Source: Spirochaetota bacterium (GTDB lineage Bacteria > Spirochaetota > UBA4802 > UBA5550). Taken from it: a stretch of 64,000 bases of DNA. Shown here one piece after another: positions 30,367 to 39,773 of the stretch. Every line of letters begins with the position of its first letter. Position 1 is the stretch's first letter. The notes beneath the pieces were generated by a model, which saw only the letters and a list, made by a program, of their open reading frames with translations, was not told the origin of the DNA and did no database searches. Where the stretch lies: the NCBI GenBank assembly GCA_050298055.1, contig JBNKTL010000010.1, forward strand, positions 37,977-101,976, written 5' to 3'. A program made the position numbers and the translations under genes.

Positions 30367-31248
30367 TTATTTCTCTCTTCGCGAGGGTATCCTTTTCTCG
30401 CAGGGAATCTTTACCTGACAGAGCCCGCAGGGAGTGGCCCCTGTCTTATAGTTTTTCTCCGAATAGGGAGTTGTCACATTTCTGATGTACTCGAAGCATT
30501 TCTTCTTATCGTGGCCCTTTTCGGTGATGGCGCTGGCCGGGCACCTCTTCATACACTCACCGCATCTTTTCTCACTGAACCAGAGACAGTACTCCCGGTG
30601 GTTCCGGTAGGGCCTTTCCGTGGGAGGAAGTTCCATCCTGGCAACAACCGATCCGAAACGGACTGCCTTCCCCACGGCAGTAATAAGCCCGTCGCTCAGA
30701 CCGAATGTCCCCAGCCCGGCAATCCATGCCGTGTGGCGTTCGGACCAGTTTGACGCGAGACCAAAGTTTTCCGATTGCCTGTAGTCGAACCCGTGCCACC
30801 TCTCGGGAGCCACCGCCGCATATCCCGCATCTGTGAGCTGCGAGGCCAGGTGATTCCTCAATTCACAGTTGAACATCTCTCCATAGTAACGCGAGCAGGC
30901 CCATCTCCTTGCGGGATATTCGGTCTCTTTCCTCTGGTCAAGACGTGTTGGCTCTGTCTGGGGGAGGATGTAACTGATTACGGAAAGGTCCCCGGCATTG
31001 CAGCTTTCACCGGGAAATGCCCTGCAGAATATTTCATGGGGTGTCCAGTAGAACTCTCCGATATCGTTTTTCAGTTTCCGGAAGAGGGGGTCAGAGCCTT
31101 TCGCAATCCCTACCTGCGGCCTGTCCCAGGCATGCTCGGAGAGTTCCGGTCCCAGGTTGTTACGGGGTGAATCCTCCCAGAATTTCGTAATAATCTCCTC
31201 TATCCAGGGCAGAGTCCCTTCGGGAGTTTTTCTTACTTCACCGGTCAT
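30367..31248 (-). CDS. QueG/epoxyqueuosine-reductase-like 4Fe-4S protein
   Basis: WSERHTAWIAGLGTFG, RFGSV, C..CGECMKRCP and CGLCQ..PC. Confidence 0.75.
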   Translation of the reverse strand: MTGEVRKTPEGTLPWIEEIITKFWEDSPRNNLGPELSEHAWDRPQVGIAKGSDPLFRKLKNDIGEFYWTPHEIFCRAFPGESCNAGDLSVISYILPQTEPTRLDQRKETEYPARRWACSRYYGEMFNCELRNHLASQLTDAGYAAVAPERWHGFDYRQSENFGLASNWSERHTAWIAGLGTFGLSDGLITAVGKAVRFGSVVARMELPPTERPYRNHREYCLWFSEKRCGECMKRCPASAITEKGHDKKKCFEYIRNVTTPYSEKNYKTGATPCGLCQVKIPCEKRIPSRREK

Positions 31249-31399
31249 CTGAATTATCCTTATTTGACGGATACCGAATAATATCCGAAAATTTTTCCGC
31301 TCCCGTTATGTCTATAAATCCGGACTCAGATGTCAAACAATAGTTAAGCAGCTTATAAGTTTTCTTTATAGCTCTATAAATATGTTTTCCTGTCTTTTG

Positions 31400-31468
31400 A
31401 AATCTGTGTAAATCCGTGTAAATCCGTGGCATATCTTCTGCCCTTTCCTTTCTTTTATCAGTGCCTCC
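31400..31468 (-). repeat. Partial copy of the GCCACGGATTTACACGGAT repeat family
   Basis: The reverse complement GAAAGGGCAGAAGATATGCCACGGATTTACACGGAT matches about 39533-39569. Confidence 0.7.
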
Positions 31469-31625
31469 ATCATTAATCTTGATAGCGTTGTATTATTACA
31501 AAAAACTCAAATCAATAAAAGAAAATCGGTGACAAAAAAGAGCGGGTAAAGTAATATAAATAATAATTTATTGCTGTAAATAATTTGCAGGATGCGTCAG
31601 GTTGCCAAAAAAAAAGAGAAATGAT

Positions 31626-32462
31626 ATGCTTGTCCGATTTTGGGGTGTAAGGGGATCAATACCCACTCCCGGAAAGGAGTATTTGAAATATGGGGGAAAT
31701 ACACCCTGTGTTGAACTTCGCTGCGGCGATACCATTCTTATTTTTGATGCCGGTACCGGGCTGAAAAACCTGGGGCTCTCGTTTGTTAAAGAATTCGGGA
31801 ACAGCCCCCATGAGATAAACCTTCTCCTGAGCCATACCCACTGGGACCATATTCAGGGCTTCCCTTTCTTCAGTTATATCTACATGGAGAGTAAAACAAT
31901 AAACATCTACGGTGGGCACCACTTTATGGATACTAAAAGCCTCCTTGCAGGGCAGATGAGAAACGAGTATTTTCCCGTAAAACTGGAAGACCTCCCCGCT
32001 TCAATTAAATACTTCGATCTCTTTGTAGACCCCATAAAGATCAACGATATTGTCATCTACCATACACACCTGCTTCACCCGGAACTCTCCCTGGGTTTCA
32101 GAGTGGAATACCGGGGTAAAGTCTTCGTCTATGCAACAGATAATGAACTGGTTAAGAATGACGAGATGCCGGAATTTAATATCGACAATATCGGGGAGCT
32201 GATAAAAGACGCGGACCTCCTCGTTGCGGAATGCCAGTATACTGACAGGGAGTACCCGGAAAAAGTGGGATGGGGACACTCCACAATCGAAGGTGTCATC
32301 GATCTCAGCAAAAAGTACGGAGTGAAAAAACTCTATACCTTCCACCACGACCCCTATCATAACGATAACAAACTGGACGAGATGCTTGCTGACGGGGAAA
32401 AACGGGCAGGAAGCAGGCTGAAGGTTTTTGCGTCAAAGGACGGGATGGAAGTAAAGATATAA
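31626..32462 (+). CDS. MBL-fold metallo-hydrolase (phosphodiesterase-like)
   Basis: FWGVRGSIP, YGGNTPC, DAGTG, SHTHWDHIQG, GWGHS and FHHDP. Alternative TTG start at 31602. Confidence 0.9.
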   Translation: MLVRFWGVRGSIPTPGKEYLKYGGNTPCVELRCGDTILIFDAGTGLKNLGLSFVKEFGNSPHEINLLLSHTHWDHIQGFPFFSYIYMESKTINIYGGHHFMDTKSLLAGQMRNEYFPVKLEDLPASIKYFDLFVDPIKINDIVIYHTHLLHPELSLGFRVEYRGKVFVYATDNELVKNDEMPEFNIDNIGELIKDADLLVAECQYTDREYPEKVGWGHSTIEGVIDLSKKYGVKKLYTFHHDPYHNDNKLDEMLADGEKRAGSRLKVFASKDGMEVKI

Positions 32463-32881
32463 TGCCCTACCCCTCGGAATATCAACAGGCAACCGACCGT
32501 TTCGCGCAATTTCTGGGAGATGCAAGGGATGCGGCAGAACTTGGCTCACGGCACCAGGCATATACAATGGCCCAGGGTGTTTTCCGGGCCTTTCGTCGCC
32601 GGTTGACATTGAGCGATGCAATTCTTTTTGCCGGTATTCTTCCGGTGGGTTTGAGAGCACTTTTTGTGGCAGACTGGAATACTGATGAGCCGGTTCTTCC
32701 GTTTGAAGAGAGAGAGAATATTACGAAAGAAGTCAAATCGCTGCGGAAAGATCATAACTTCTCTCCCGATACTGCTGTTCACCATGTTGCGGTTGCATTG
32801 AGAAAGAATGTGGATGAAGAAGAGCTGGAAAAAGTCCTGGCAGCACTTCCTCCGGGAGCCAGGGAGTTCTGGCAGGTATAA
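32462..32881 (+). CDS. DUF2267 domain-containing protein
   Basis: 139 aa with GVFRAFRRRL..FAGILP..LP..AREFW. The start overlaps the upstream stop. Confidence 0.75.
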   Translation: MPYPSEYQQATDRFAQFLGDARDAAELGSRHQAYTMAQGVFRAFRRRLTLSDAILFAGILPVGLRALFVADWNTDEPVLPFEERENITKEVKSLRKDHNFSPDTAVHHVAVALRKNVDEEELEKVLAALPPGAREFWQV

Positions 32882-32921
32882 AACAATTGTTGAAGATACA
32901 GGAAAATAATAATAGAATGGC

Positions 32922-32957
32922 AAAGAGCCACGGGTTTTAACCCGTGGCTCTTTTTTT
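32922..32957. terminator. Intrinsic (probably bidirectional) terminator
   Basis: AAAGAGCCACGGGTT-TT-AACCCGTGGCTCTTT followed by a T run, between convergent genes. Confidence 0.8.
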
Positions 32958-32974
32958 ATCACGATAATTGCATT

Positions 32975-34165
32975 CTACAGGGTTATCGGCTTCCCCTCCT
33001 GCTTCTCGTTGTCCCAGAAAGGCGATATGGAAAGCAGCCTGTTAACGATTTCCGGCATGACTTCCAGCGTATAGTCGATCTCCTCTTCGGTTGTAAACCT
33101 GCTGAGACTGAACCGTATTGAGCCGTGGGCGGAGGTAAAGGGAACACCCATTGCCCTGAGGACATGGGACGGTTCGAGAGATCCCGACGAACACGCGGAC
33201 CCCGAGGACGCCGCTATTCTTTTTTCGTCAAGATAGAGGAGTATCGCTTCTCCCTCAATAAATTCAAACCCGATATTCGTTGTATTGGGGACCCGGTTCT
33301 CCCTGTTCCCATTGAGACTTGCGTTCTTAAAGTTTGAAAGAATACCCTCCTCAAGTTTATCCCGGAGCCCGGCCATTTTATCGTGGTCTTTCAGGTGCTT
33401 TCCCACAAGTTCAGCGGCCTTGCCGATACCGATAATCCCCGGAACATTCTCTGTCCCCGGCCTCCTCCCCTTCTCCTGGTGCCCTCCGTACATGAGAGGT
33501 CTCATTCTTGTCCCGCGCTTGACGTAGAGCACCCCGATCCCTTTGGGGGCATGAAATTTATGACCCGAGATAGTGAGAAGGTCGCACTTTATCTTCTTTA
33601 CATCAATGGGGATTTTTCCTGCGGCCTGGACCGCGTCAACATGGAACGGGATCCCTCTCTCGTGGAGGAACTCACCGATCTCCTCAACAGGAAAGATCAC
33701 ACCCGATTCATTATTGGCATACATGACCGATACAATAGCAGTGTCATCATCAACCGATTCTTTCAGAACCTCTGTGTCCAGGTTTCCCTTATTGTCAACC
33801 GGGACATAGGTTATCCTGTAACCTTCCCTCTCGAGCTTCTTACAGAGGGCAATAATTGCCGGGTGTTCAACCCGGGTTGTGATGATATGCCTTTTGTCCC
33901 TGTAGTATGCGATGGAACCGAGAATTGCCATGTTATCACTCTCTGTTCCGGAGCCGGTGAAGACAATCTCATAATCATGATCGGCGCCTATCATCTCGGC
34001 CACCTTTATCCGCGCCCTGTTAATATCGAGGCCAACGTCCCCGCCGAAGCTGTGAATACTGGAAGGATTCCCGTAGCGGTCCCTGATATAGGGAAGCATT
34101 GCGTCCACAACTTCCGGATCGATCATTGTCGTGGCATTATTGTCGAGGTAAACAACATCTCTCAT
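32975..34165 (-). CDS. nifS: Cysteine desulfurase NifS
   Basis: YLDNNATT, DAVQ, SGHKFH (PLP Lys) and SSGSACSS. Follows nifU. Confidence 0.93.
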   Translation of the reverse strand: MRDVVYLDNNATTMIDPEVVDAMLPYIRDRYGNPSSIHSFGGDVGLDINRARIKVAEMIGADHDYEIVFTGSGTESDNMAILGSIAYYRDKRHIITTRVEHPAIIALCKKLEREGYRITYVPVDNKGNLDTEVLKESVDDDTAIVSVMYANNESGVIFPVEEIGEFLHERGIPFHVDAVQAAGKIPIDVKKIKCDLLTISGHKFHAPKGIGVLYVKRGTRMRPLMYGGHQEKGRRPGTENVPGIIGIGKAAELVGKHLKDHDKMAGLRDKLEEGILSNFKNASLNGNRENRVPNTTNIGFEFIEGEAILLYLDEKRIAASSGSACSSGSLEPSHVLRAMGVPFTSAHGSIRFSLSRFTTEEEIDYTLEVMPEIVNRLLSISPFWDNEKQEGKPITL

Positions 34166-34178
34166 GTTTCTCCTCCTT

Positions 34179-35024
34179 CTATTTCACTTCATGGACGATA
34201 ATATCATCCTCTACAAATTCTCTTAACTTGGCCTCAACAAGGTTTTTAAGAGTCACGTTGGAAACCATGCAGTTGGTGCAGCTTCCCCGGAGCGCAACAT
34301 AGATGTTCCTGCCGTCCAGGTCCATGAGCTCAATGTCCCCGCCATCCTCCTGGAGTATGGGCCGGATAACGTTGGCTATTGTCTCTTCAACCAGGTGCAT
34401 CCTCTTTATATTGGAAAGCGGTTTTTTCTCCTGTTCCTTCTCGGCAACCTTTTCATGAACTTTGAGTTCCTCGGCCAGGATATCCTCGATATCGGGTATG
34501 CATGAACCGCATGCGCCCCCGGCCTTTGTATAGTTGGTGACATCCTCTACTGTTTTGAGGTTGTTCTCATGGATCATCTCCCTTATAAGGGTATCCTTGA
34601 CTCCGAAGCAGTGGCAGACAATTTGTCCTTCCTCTTCCTCTTCGTGCTCCACCTTTTCACCCCTGTAATGCTTGAGTGCTTTTTCAAGGGCCTCGTATCC
34701 CATGACCGAGCAGTGCATCTTTTCTTCGGGGAGACCTCCCAGGTAATTGACAATATCCTGGTTCCTGATCTTCTCCACCTCTTCCACGCTCTTCCCGATA
34801 ATCATCTCGGTAAGGGCCGATGAAGACGCGATGGCACTTCCACATCCGAAGGTCTCAAACTTCGCATCTGTTATAATTCCCCCGTCATCTATCTTGAGAT
34901 AGAGCTTAAGCGCATCACCGCATACGATGCTCCCCACTTCGGCAACTGCATCGGCATTCTCAATTGAACCCACATTTTTCGGATCCGTATATAACTGCTT
35001 AACCTTATCCGTATAATCCCACAT
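34179..35024 (-). CDS. nifU: Fe-S cluster scaffold NifU (three-domain)
   Basis: IscU-like N-domain (CGD, FGCGSA, KMHCS), Bfd-like domain (CHCFGV..GGACGSC) and Nfu C-domain (DGGD..CTNC). Confidence 0.95.
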   Translation of the reverse strand: MWDYTDKVKQLYTDPKNVGSIENADAVAEVGSIVCGDALKLYLKIDDGGIITDAKFETFGCGSAIASSSALTEMIIGKSVEEVEKIRNQDIVNYLGGLPEEKMHCSVMGYEALEKALKHYRGEKVEHEEEEEGQIVCHCFGVKDTLIREMIHENNLKTVEDVTNYTKAGGACGSCIPDIEDILAEELKVHEKVAEKEQEKKPLSNIKRMHLVEETIANVIRPILQEDGGDIELMDLDGRNIYVALRGSCTNCMVSNVTLKNLVEAKLREFVEDDIIVHEVK

Positions 35025-35125
35025 TTCATTGACCTCCGGTAAATGAATTTGGCTATATTATTCCGCTTCATGTTTTTGTCAAAGATAAAAACTTGCGTAA
35101 AACCGCCATTAGATTATGAGTACTC

Positions 35126-35698
35126 CTAACTATATCTGTTACTTTTTTTATCTCTCCCTCCATTCTGTTTCAGGTATTCATTTACCAGATGGTAAATCAC
35201 AATACCATATGCAACCGCAACATTCAGAGACTGCTTGATCCCGTACATGGGGATATCGATTGCCATATCGCTGGACTCAACAAGACCGCTGCTGATACCG
35301 TCAACCTCGTTACCCACAATAAGGCAGAGGGGGAAACGATACTCAACTTCATTGTAGGGACGGCTCCTGTCCGTGTGCTCAAGAGAGACTATCCGGCAGC
35401 CGGCACTCCTGCACTCTTCAACGGCACGGGCGGTATTTTCAACCCTCCTCCAGTTAACACTTTCAACGCTCCCCAGTGCTGTCTTATCGATCTCTTTGCG
35501 GGGTGGATAACCGGTATAACCGCAGAGATAGAGTGTTTCCACAAAGGCGCCATCCGATGTCCTGAAAATAGACCCCACGTTATAGAGACTCCGTATATTC
35601 TCCAGCACAACTGAGACGGGGAACTTTTTCATTTTTCTTACTTCATCCAGGCTTGGCCGTGAGGACTTGATTGTTTCATATTCCAGTTTTTTAATCAT
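35126..35698 (-). CDS. TrmH/SpoU family RNA methyltransferase
   Basis: NIRSLYNVGSIFRT, GNEVDG and IPMYG.KQSLNVAVA. Confidence 0.92.
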   Translation of the reverse strand: MIKKLEYETIKSSRPSLDEVRKMKKFPVSVVLENIRSLYNVGSIFRTSDGAFVETLYLCGYTGYPPRKEIDKTALGSVESVNWRRVENTARAVEECRSAGCRIVSLEHTDRSRPYNEVEYRFPLCLIVGNEVDGISSGLVESSDMAIDIPMYGIKQSLNVAVAYGIVIYHLVNEYLKQNGGRDKKSNRYS

Positions 35699-36038
35699 AT
35701 CATATTACCTGTACCGCTCTACTATTCAATAAAAAGAGAGACGTTGTCAAAGGATTTATCTTTTGTTTCTATAATTAAACAGTGTTTTCCAAAAAAACTT
35801 TAATTTGCCTCTGTGGCCAATCTTGATAGAGTTTTGCCAGAAGTCATGATAATGTAAATCATATTTATGTCACATTATCTTTCCATCCTATAATTATGTC
35901 ACATAACAAAAATTATGATAAAAATCTTTTTTAGCCGGTTTCCTGATAATTTTCCATTCAGTAAAATTTAATTAATATCGATATTTACACTAAAGAACGT
36001 CACGATTCACTTAAGAAAACCAAAATACCAGAGATATT

Positions 36039-37496
36039 GTGAATATGAACAGGATTGAAACCAATTTACTCTCTTTAATATCCGGGAACAGGGACCGGGA
36101 CAATGGTATCCAGATCATTGAAAACAAAACCGGCCTGAACTTTAAGGATATGCTGAACAGCAGGATCAATGAATCTGAAAACTTTTCTCACGGGGATGAA
36201 CAGGCTTTCGGAAGAATCCCTGAGAGAAACGAATCCGTGGTTTCCGGGAATTCTCCTGATACTCTGCAAAAGAGCAGGGCTGAAGAGAATAAAATAAACG
36301 GAGAAAGTGTCCGGAGAGAAGAAGATCCCGGGAAAAACAGGGTAGAAGACAGCGGGAAAGAGGAAAAAGCAGCAGAGAGGAGCGTCAAAGAACTCTCACC
36401 GGGGGAACAGGAAAAAAAGGCCTCCCCTGCAGAGGAGAGGGAGGGTGAAGATATCCGCAATAAGAAAGAGATGTTGAATGAACTTGAAGAACTGGGTGTA
36501 ATAATTGAAGGCGTTAAGCTTGAAAACCTGAACAACCCGGAACTTAACCGTCTTCTCAAGATGCTCAGGAACATGATGGACAGTGTAAACCCATTACTGG
36601 AAAATTCACAACTGAAACTCCAAATGAAAAATCTTCTCTCTCAGATAAAAGAGATAAGCGAAAACCTCAAGCTCAGGAAGAATAATCCCGCCCTGAAGCA
36701 GGCAGTTATACAAAAACTGAAATCAGAAATAGAACGGCTCAACTCTCTCATAAAAAAAGCCGTTGATGAGATGAAAAACATAAAACCGGGACTGAAAGAT
36801 GTCCTGGCAAAGATAAACTCCCTGGTGGAAAAGATTGCCGAAAAAGGCAGAGGACACGGTGCCGAACATGCAGTGTCCCAAACCGGAGCCAGGGGACAGG
36901 CTGCTGATAACACAATGGCTGTCCTCAATAAAATTGACACCCTCCTCTCCGAAGCGGTAAAGGAGAACGGGAACGGTTCATTTGAAACAGGAAGCGAACG
37001 GGAGGGCCCCAACGGCTTCAGCATGAACTTCATGAAGAATATAAGCGGAAAAAACATCAGCGGAAATGAGGCCAGAACCGCCGCCAACTCACGGTTCAGC
37101 CAGCAGATGCACTCCATTATCGAAAATGCCCGGGTGTTTGTGAAGGACAGCAGAAACGGATCATTTGCCGTCAAGCTCTACCCGAAGAAACTGGGAGTGG
37201 TCAATGTGAACCTCGGTCTTGAGCAGGGTGTAGTAAACGGTAAGTTTTTCGTTGAAAACAATGATGCCAGGGAACTCCTCATGGACAATCTCAATTTCAT
37301 AAAAGAGCAGCTTGAGGAGGCCGGGATTAATATCGGTTCATTTGAAGTCAATGTCAATCACCAGGGTGAAATGTTCACCGGGGAAGACCCGGAAGAGACC
37401 TTATTCACACTGCCGGGAACAGGCAGAGAAGTGGCAAAGGAGTACACCATGAGCTCCCTGTTCCTTCATGACGGTGAATTTAACATGGTAATTTAA
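36039..37496 (+). CDS. fliK: Flagellar hook-length control protein
   Basis: Low-complexity N-terminus, C-terminal FliK domain (VKLYPKKLGVV..L..L..AGI) and position upstream of flgD-flgE. Confidence 0.85.
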   Translation: MNMNRIETNLLSLISGNRDRDNGIQIIENKTGLNFKDMLNSRINESENFSHGDEQAFGRIPERNESVVSGNSPDTLQKSRAEENKINGESVRREEDPGKNRVEDSGKEEKAAERSVKELSPGEQEKKASPAEEREGEDIRNKKEMLNELEELGVIIEGVKLENLNNPELNRLLKMLRNMMDSVNPLLENSQLKLQMKNLLSQIKEISENLKLRKNNPALKQAVIQKLKSEIERLNSLIKKAVDEMKNIKPGLKDVLAKINSLVEKIAEKGRGHGAEHAVSQTGARGQAADNTMAVLNKIDTLLSEAVKENGNGSFETGSEREGPNGFSMNFMKNISGKNISGNEARTAANSRFSQQMHSIIENARVFVKDSRNGSFAVKLYPKKLGVVNVNLGLEQGVVNGKFFVENNDARELLMDNLNFIKEQLEEAGINIGSFEVNVNHQGEMFTGEDPEETLFTLPGTGREVAKEYTMSSLFLHDGEFNMVI

Positions 37497-37522
37497 TTAA
37501 GGCGTAAGCCGCGGAGAGTGAT

Positions 37523-38005
37523 ATGATTAATACAAAAATGTCATCCATGGATCTCGCACGAACCAACATGCAGGTCAATGAACTGAACAAAAAGATCGGT
37601 GACACCAAACCCCCCGAAGAGGGCAAGAAGGCCCTGGGAAAAGACTCTTTTCTCAAACTGCTGGTTACACAGCTCCAGCACCAGGACCCCACAAAACCCA
37701 TGGAGGACAAGGAGTTTATCGCCCAGATGGCGCAGTTCTCTTCACTTGAGCAGATTACGAACCTCAACAAAGAGATCCGTTCACTTCTCAAAAGTTCCCA
37801 ATCAAGCATGGCGTACGGGATTCTCGGAAAGAGGGTTGAATCATACAATCCCGCAACAAAAAAGTTTGTGAGCGGGATTGCAGAATCAGTAAAATATGCG
37901 GGCGACCAGGTGAGAGTCAGGATTGGTGAAAATGAGGTCTCACTGAACGATATAAATGCTGTCCACTATGTTGAAAAGAACAGCACAATTGATGTAAAAA
38001 AATAA
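37523..38005 (+). CDS. flgD: Flagellar hook capping protein
   Basis: LGKDSFLKLLVTQLQHQDPTKPM..FIAQMAQFSSLEQ. Confidence 0.96.
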   Translation: MINTKMSSMDLARTNMQVNELNKKIGDTKPPEEGKKALGKDSFLKLLVTQLQHQDPTKPMEDKEFIAQMAQFSSLEQITNLNKEIRSLLKSSQSSMAYGILGKRVESYNPATKKFVSGIAESVKYAGDQVRVRIGENEVSLNDINAVHYVEKNSTIDVKK

Positions 38006-38023
38006 ATTCAGGAGTTTCCAGTT

Positions 38024-39397
38024 ATGATGCGTTCACTTTTTTCCGGTGTATCCGGACTGAAAAATCACCAGACACGGATGGATGTGATTGGCAACAACAT
38101 TTCCAATGTTAATACCTACGGCTTCAAGTCAAGCAGGGTAACATTTCAGGACATGCTGTCGCAGACAATCGCGGGAGCATCCAAGCCGGAGGAAAACAAA
38201 GGTGGTGTAAATCCGAAGCAGGTGGGTCTCGGGATGACCATTGCGTCCATCGACAAGATATTTACACAGGGGAGCCTCCAGACCACCGGCAACCAGACAG
38301 ACCTGGCAATATCCGGCGACGGTTTCTTTATCCTTGCCGAGGGAGATAAGAATTTTTACACACGGGCAGGCACATTCGGTCTTGATAAAAACGGTAACAT
38401 GGTAAACCCCGCCAACGGCCTGAAAGTCCAGGGATGGATGGCCACACGGAACGAACAGGGCCAGATGGTGGTGAATCCAAGCGGAACTCCTGAAGATATC
38501 ATTGTACCCGTGTACAACAAGGTAGAGGCAAAGGAAACCAACAACGTCAGGTACAAGTGCAACCTCGATTCGCGAAAATCCATCGTCCCTCCCAATGCCA
38601 CGGGAAGAATGAGGGCATCGGCGGGAGTGACCACGAACATAGATGTCTACGATAACCTGGGAAAGACCCACAGACTCACCATGACCTTCTGGAAAACCGG
38701 GGCAAACCAGTGGACCTCCTCGGCGGCAATAACCGATGCAACGACCCCCATCACCCTGGATGTACCCGCGGGAGGGGGTCAGCAGAACAGCGCCAATACC
38801 AGTACACGGATAAACCTGAGGTTCTCTCCCGACGGCAGACTGGTAGCGGTTGGGGACGCGGCAAGTCCCGATGAACTGAACCAGGGGGACCTCTTTGTCA
38901 ACGCGAACTATCGTGTAGCGGGAGACCCCAATGTGCGGCAGATCAGGCTGAACCTGGGTAAAGCGGGTCTCCTTGAAGGGATAACTCAGTTCTCCTCCGA
39001 ATCCACAACAAAGGCCGTAGAGCAGGACGGTTTCGGAATGGGCTACATGGAGTCCTTCAACATAGACAACTCGGGACGGATAACAGGAGTCTACTCCAAT
39101 GGGACAAAACAAACCGTGGGACAGGTGGCCATGGCGGTCTTTACAAATCCCCAGGGCCTCACAGCCACAGGGGACAATTTCTTTGAAGTCTCCAACAACT
39201 CGGGGCTCCCCAATATCGGTCCCGCGTCTCAGGCCGGGAGAGGGAAGATCATTGCCGGTTCCCTTGAAATGTCCAACGTGGACCTGGCAGAGCAGTTTAC
39301 GGATATGATCGTAACCCAGAGAGGGTTCCAGGCCAATTCACGGTCAATAACAACTTCGGACCAGATGCTCCAGGAGCTTCTCACTCTGAAGAGATAG
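38024..39397 (+). CDS. flgE: Flagellar hook protein
   Basis: [28 protein letters not shown] and [24 protein letters not shown]. Confidence 0.97.
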   Translation: MMRSLFSGVSGLKNHQTRMDVIGNNISNVNTYGFKSSRVTFQDMLSQTIAGASKPEENKGGVNPKQVGLGMTIASIDKIFTQGSLQTTGNQTDLAISGDGFFILAEGDKNFYTRAGTFGLDKNGNMVNPANGLKVQGWMATRNEQGQMVVNPSGTPEDIIVPVYNKVEAKETNNVRYKCNLDSRKSIVPPNATGRMRASAGVTTNIDVYDNLGKTHRLTMTFWKTGANQWTSSAAITDATTPITLDVPAGGGQQNSANTSTRINLRFSPDGRLVAVGDAASPDELNQGDLFVNANYRVAGDPNVRQIRLNLGKAGLLEGITQFSSESTTKAVEQDGFGMGYMESFNIDNSGRITGVYSNGTKQTVGQVAMAVFTNPQGLTATGDNFFEVSNNSGLPNIGPASQAGRGKIIAGSLEMSNVDLAEQFTDMIVTQRGFQANSRSITTSDQMLQELLTLKR

Positions 39398-39419
39398 GAC
39401 AGGATAAATAAGAAAGATT

Positions 39420-39452
39420 AAAAAACGGCGGATGACAACCCGCCGTTTTTTT
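39420..39452. terminator. Intrinsic terminator after flgE
   Basis: AAAAAACGGCGG-ATGACAAC-CCGCCGTTTTTTT. Confidence 0.8.
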
Positions 39453-39499
39453 ATGTATTAATTTTTAAACTAAGTTCTTTGTAAAATCCATTAAGATTA

Positions 39500-39732
39500 G
39501 CCACAGAGGCACAGAGACACGGAGAAAAGACAGAAAGGGTTAGAAGATATGCCACGGGTTTACACGGATTAGAACGGATTAGACAAAAAATAAATTCATG
39601 AATTTAATCTTAATTCATTTTGAAAGAAATTATTAAATCCATTATTATCCGTATAAATCCGCGGCTAAACAGATTTTTACTGATTTATAGAGAAAACTTA
39701 TACCACCCTCTGTGTCTCTGTGCCTCTGTGGC
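39500..39732. repeat. Nested inverted-repeat element (233 bp)
   Basis: Outer IR GCCACAGAGGCACAGAGACACGGAG / CTCTGTGTCTCTGTGCCTCTGTGGC (24/25). Inner IR GCCACGGGTTTACACGGAT (39551) / ATCCGTATAAATCCGCGGC (ending 39665). Confidence 0.8.
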
Positions 39733-39773
39733 AAATTTATAATTTTGGAATAAAGATTGTTAAATCGCCTGAC

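Noticed and set aside
32975..35024. nifSU as evidence of nitrogen fixation
   Set aside because: No nifHDK or nifENB in the window, and NifSU alone can be housekeeping.
35940..36038. Sigma28 promoter upstream of fliK
   Set aside because: A CGATAT is present but there is no TAAA at the expected spacing, so the match is too weak.
33383..39112. Long antisense ORFs such as 33383-34201 (272 aa) and 38129-39112 (327 aa)
   Set aside because: These are shadows of nifS and flgE on the opposite strand with no recognisable motifs. The same applies to the many other overlapping ORFs in the track.
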